Program-made: the position numbers and the translations under genes
The notes under the pieces: model-generated
The model's input: only the letters and a program-made list of their open reading frames with translations
What the model was told of the DNA's origin: nothing
Databases searched by the model: none
Part shown: positions 63,905 to 64,000 of the stretch, piece by piece
Layout: each line of letters opens with the position of its first letter
How positions within the stretch are numbered: the first letter of the stretch is position 1
Assembly (NCBI RefSeq): GCF_037042905.1
Contig: NC_087252.1
Coordinates: 22,384,001-22,448,000, forward strand
Source of the DNA: Lytechinus pictus
Taxonomy: Eukaryota
Direction: 5' to 3'
Length of the DNA: 64,000 bases

Positions 63905-64000
63905 AGCCAGGGTTACACCGGAGCCGAATCAGCTGCGAATCCATCCAAATACACGTATTCGGGTGGTTTCGGGATAGGTTCTGCTCTCCCTCCGCGAATG
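63905..64000 (+). mobile_element. Start of another copy of the 50608 MITE family
   Basis: agggttacaccggagccgaatc...acacgtattcgggtggtttcggga matches 50612-50690. Confidence 0.75.

Overview
AT-rich, repeat-dense eukaryotic genomic DNA with spliceosomal introns. The repeat and SINE types suggest a marine invertebrate, plausibly a sea urchin or other echinoderm (inference). Genes read from the sequence: (1) an intronless mevalonate kinase CDS (5558-6799, -) preceded by a 5'UTR intron; (2) a complete PAF-acetylhydrolase (PLA2G7/PAFAH2 family) gene with 10 coding exons (21522-36224, -, 444 aa by my splicing), whose ninth coding exon has its acceptor and 5' part repeated four times in tandem; (3) a Ly6/uPAR three-finger, probably GPI-anchored gene with 4 coding exons (52568-58552, +) that the ORF track largely misses and that carries a single-base frameshift in exon 2; (4) the last exon of a sulfotransferase-like / 'BCAT-like' P-loop protein (63120-63765, -). 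Non-coding highlights are a Penelope-type inverted insertion with a 12-bp TSD and a minimal hammerhead ribozyme (510-1096), a multi-level nest of non-autonomous DNA transposons in PAF-AH intron 1, two HINE/Helentron-like elements with co-varying terminal repeats, a template-switch foldback at 51562-51814, tRNA-derived SINEs, LINE remnants and minisatellites. All exon structures were assembled by eye from GT/AG sites and frame continuity. No transcript or database evidence was available.
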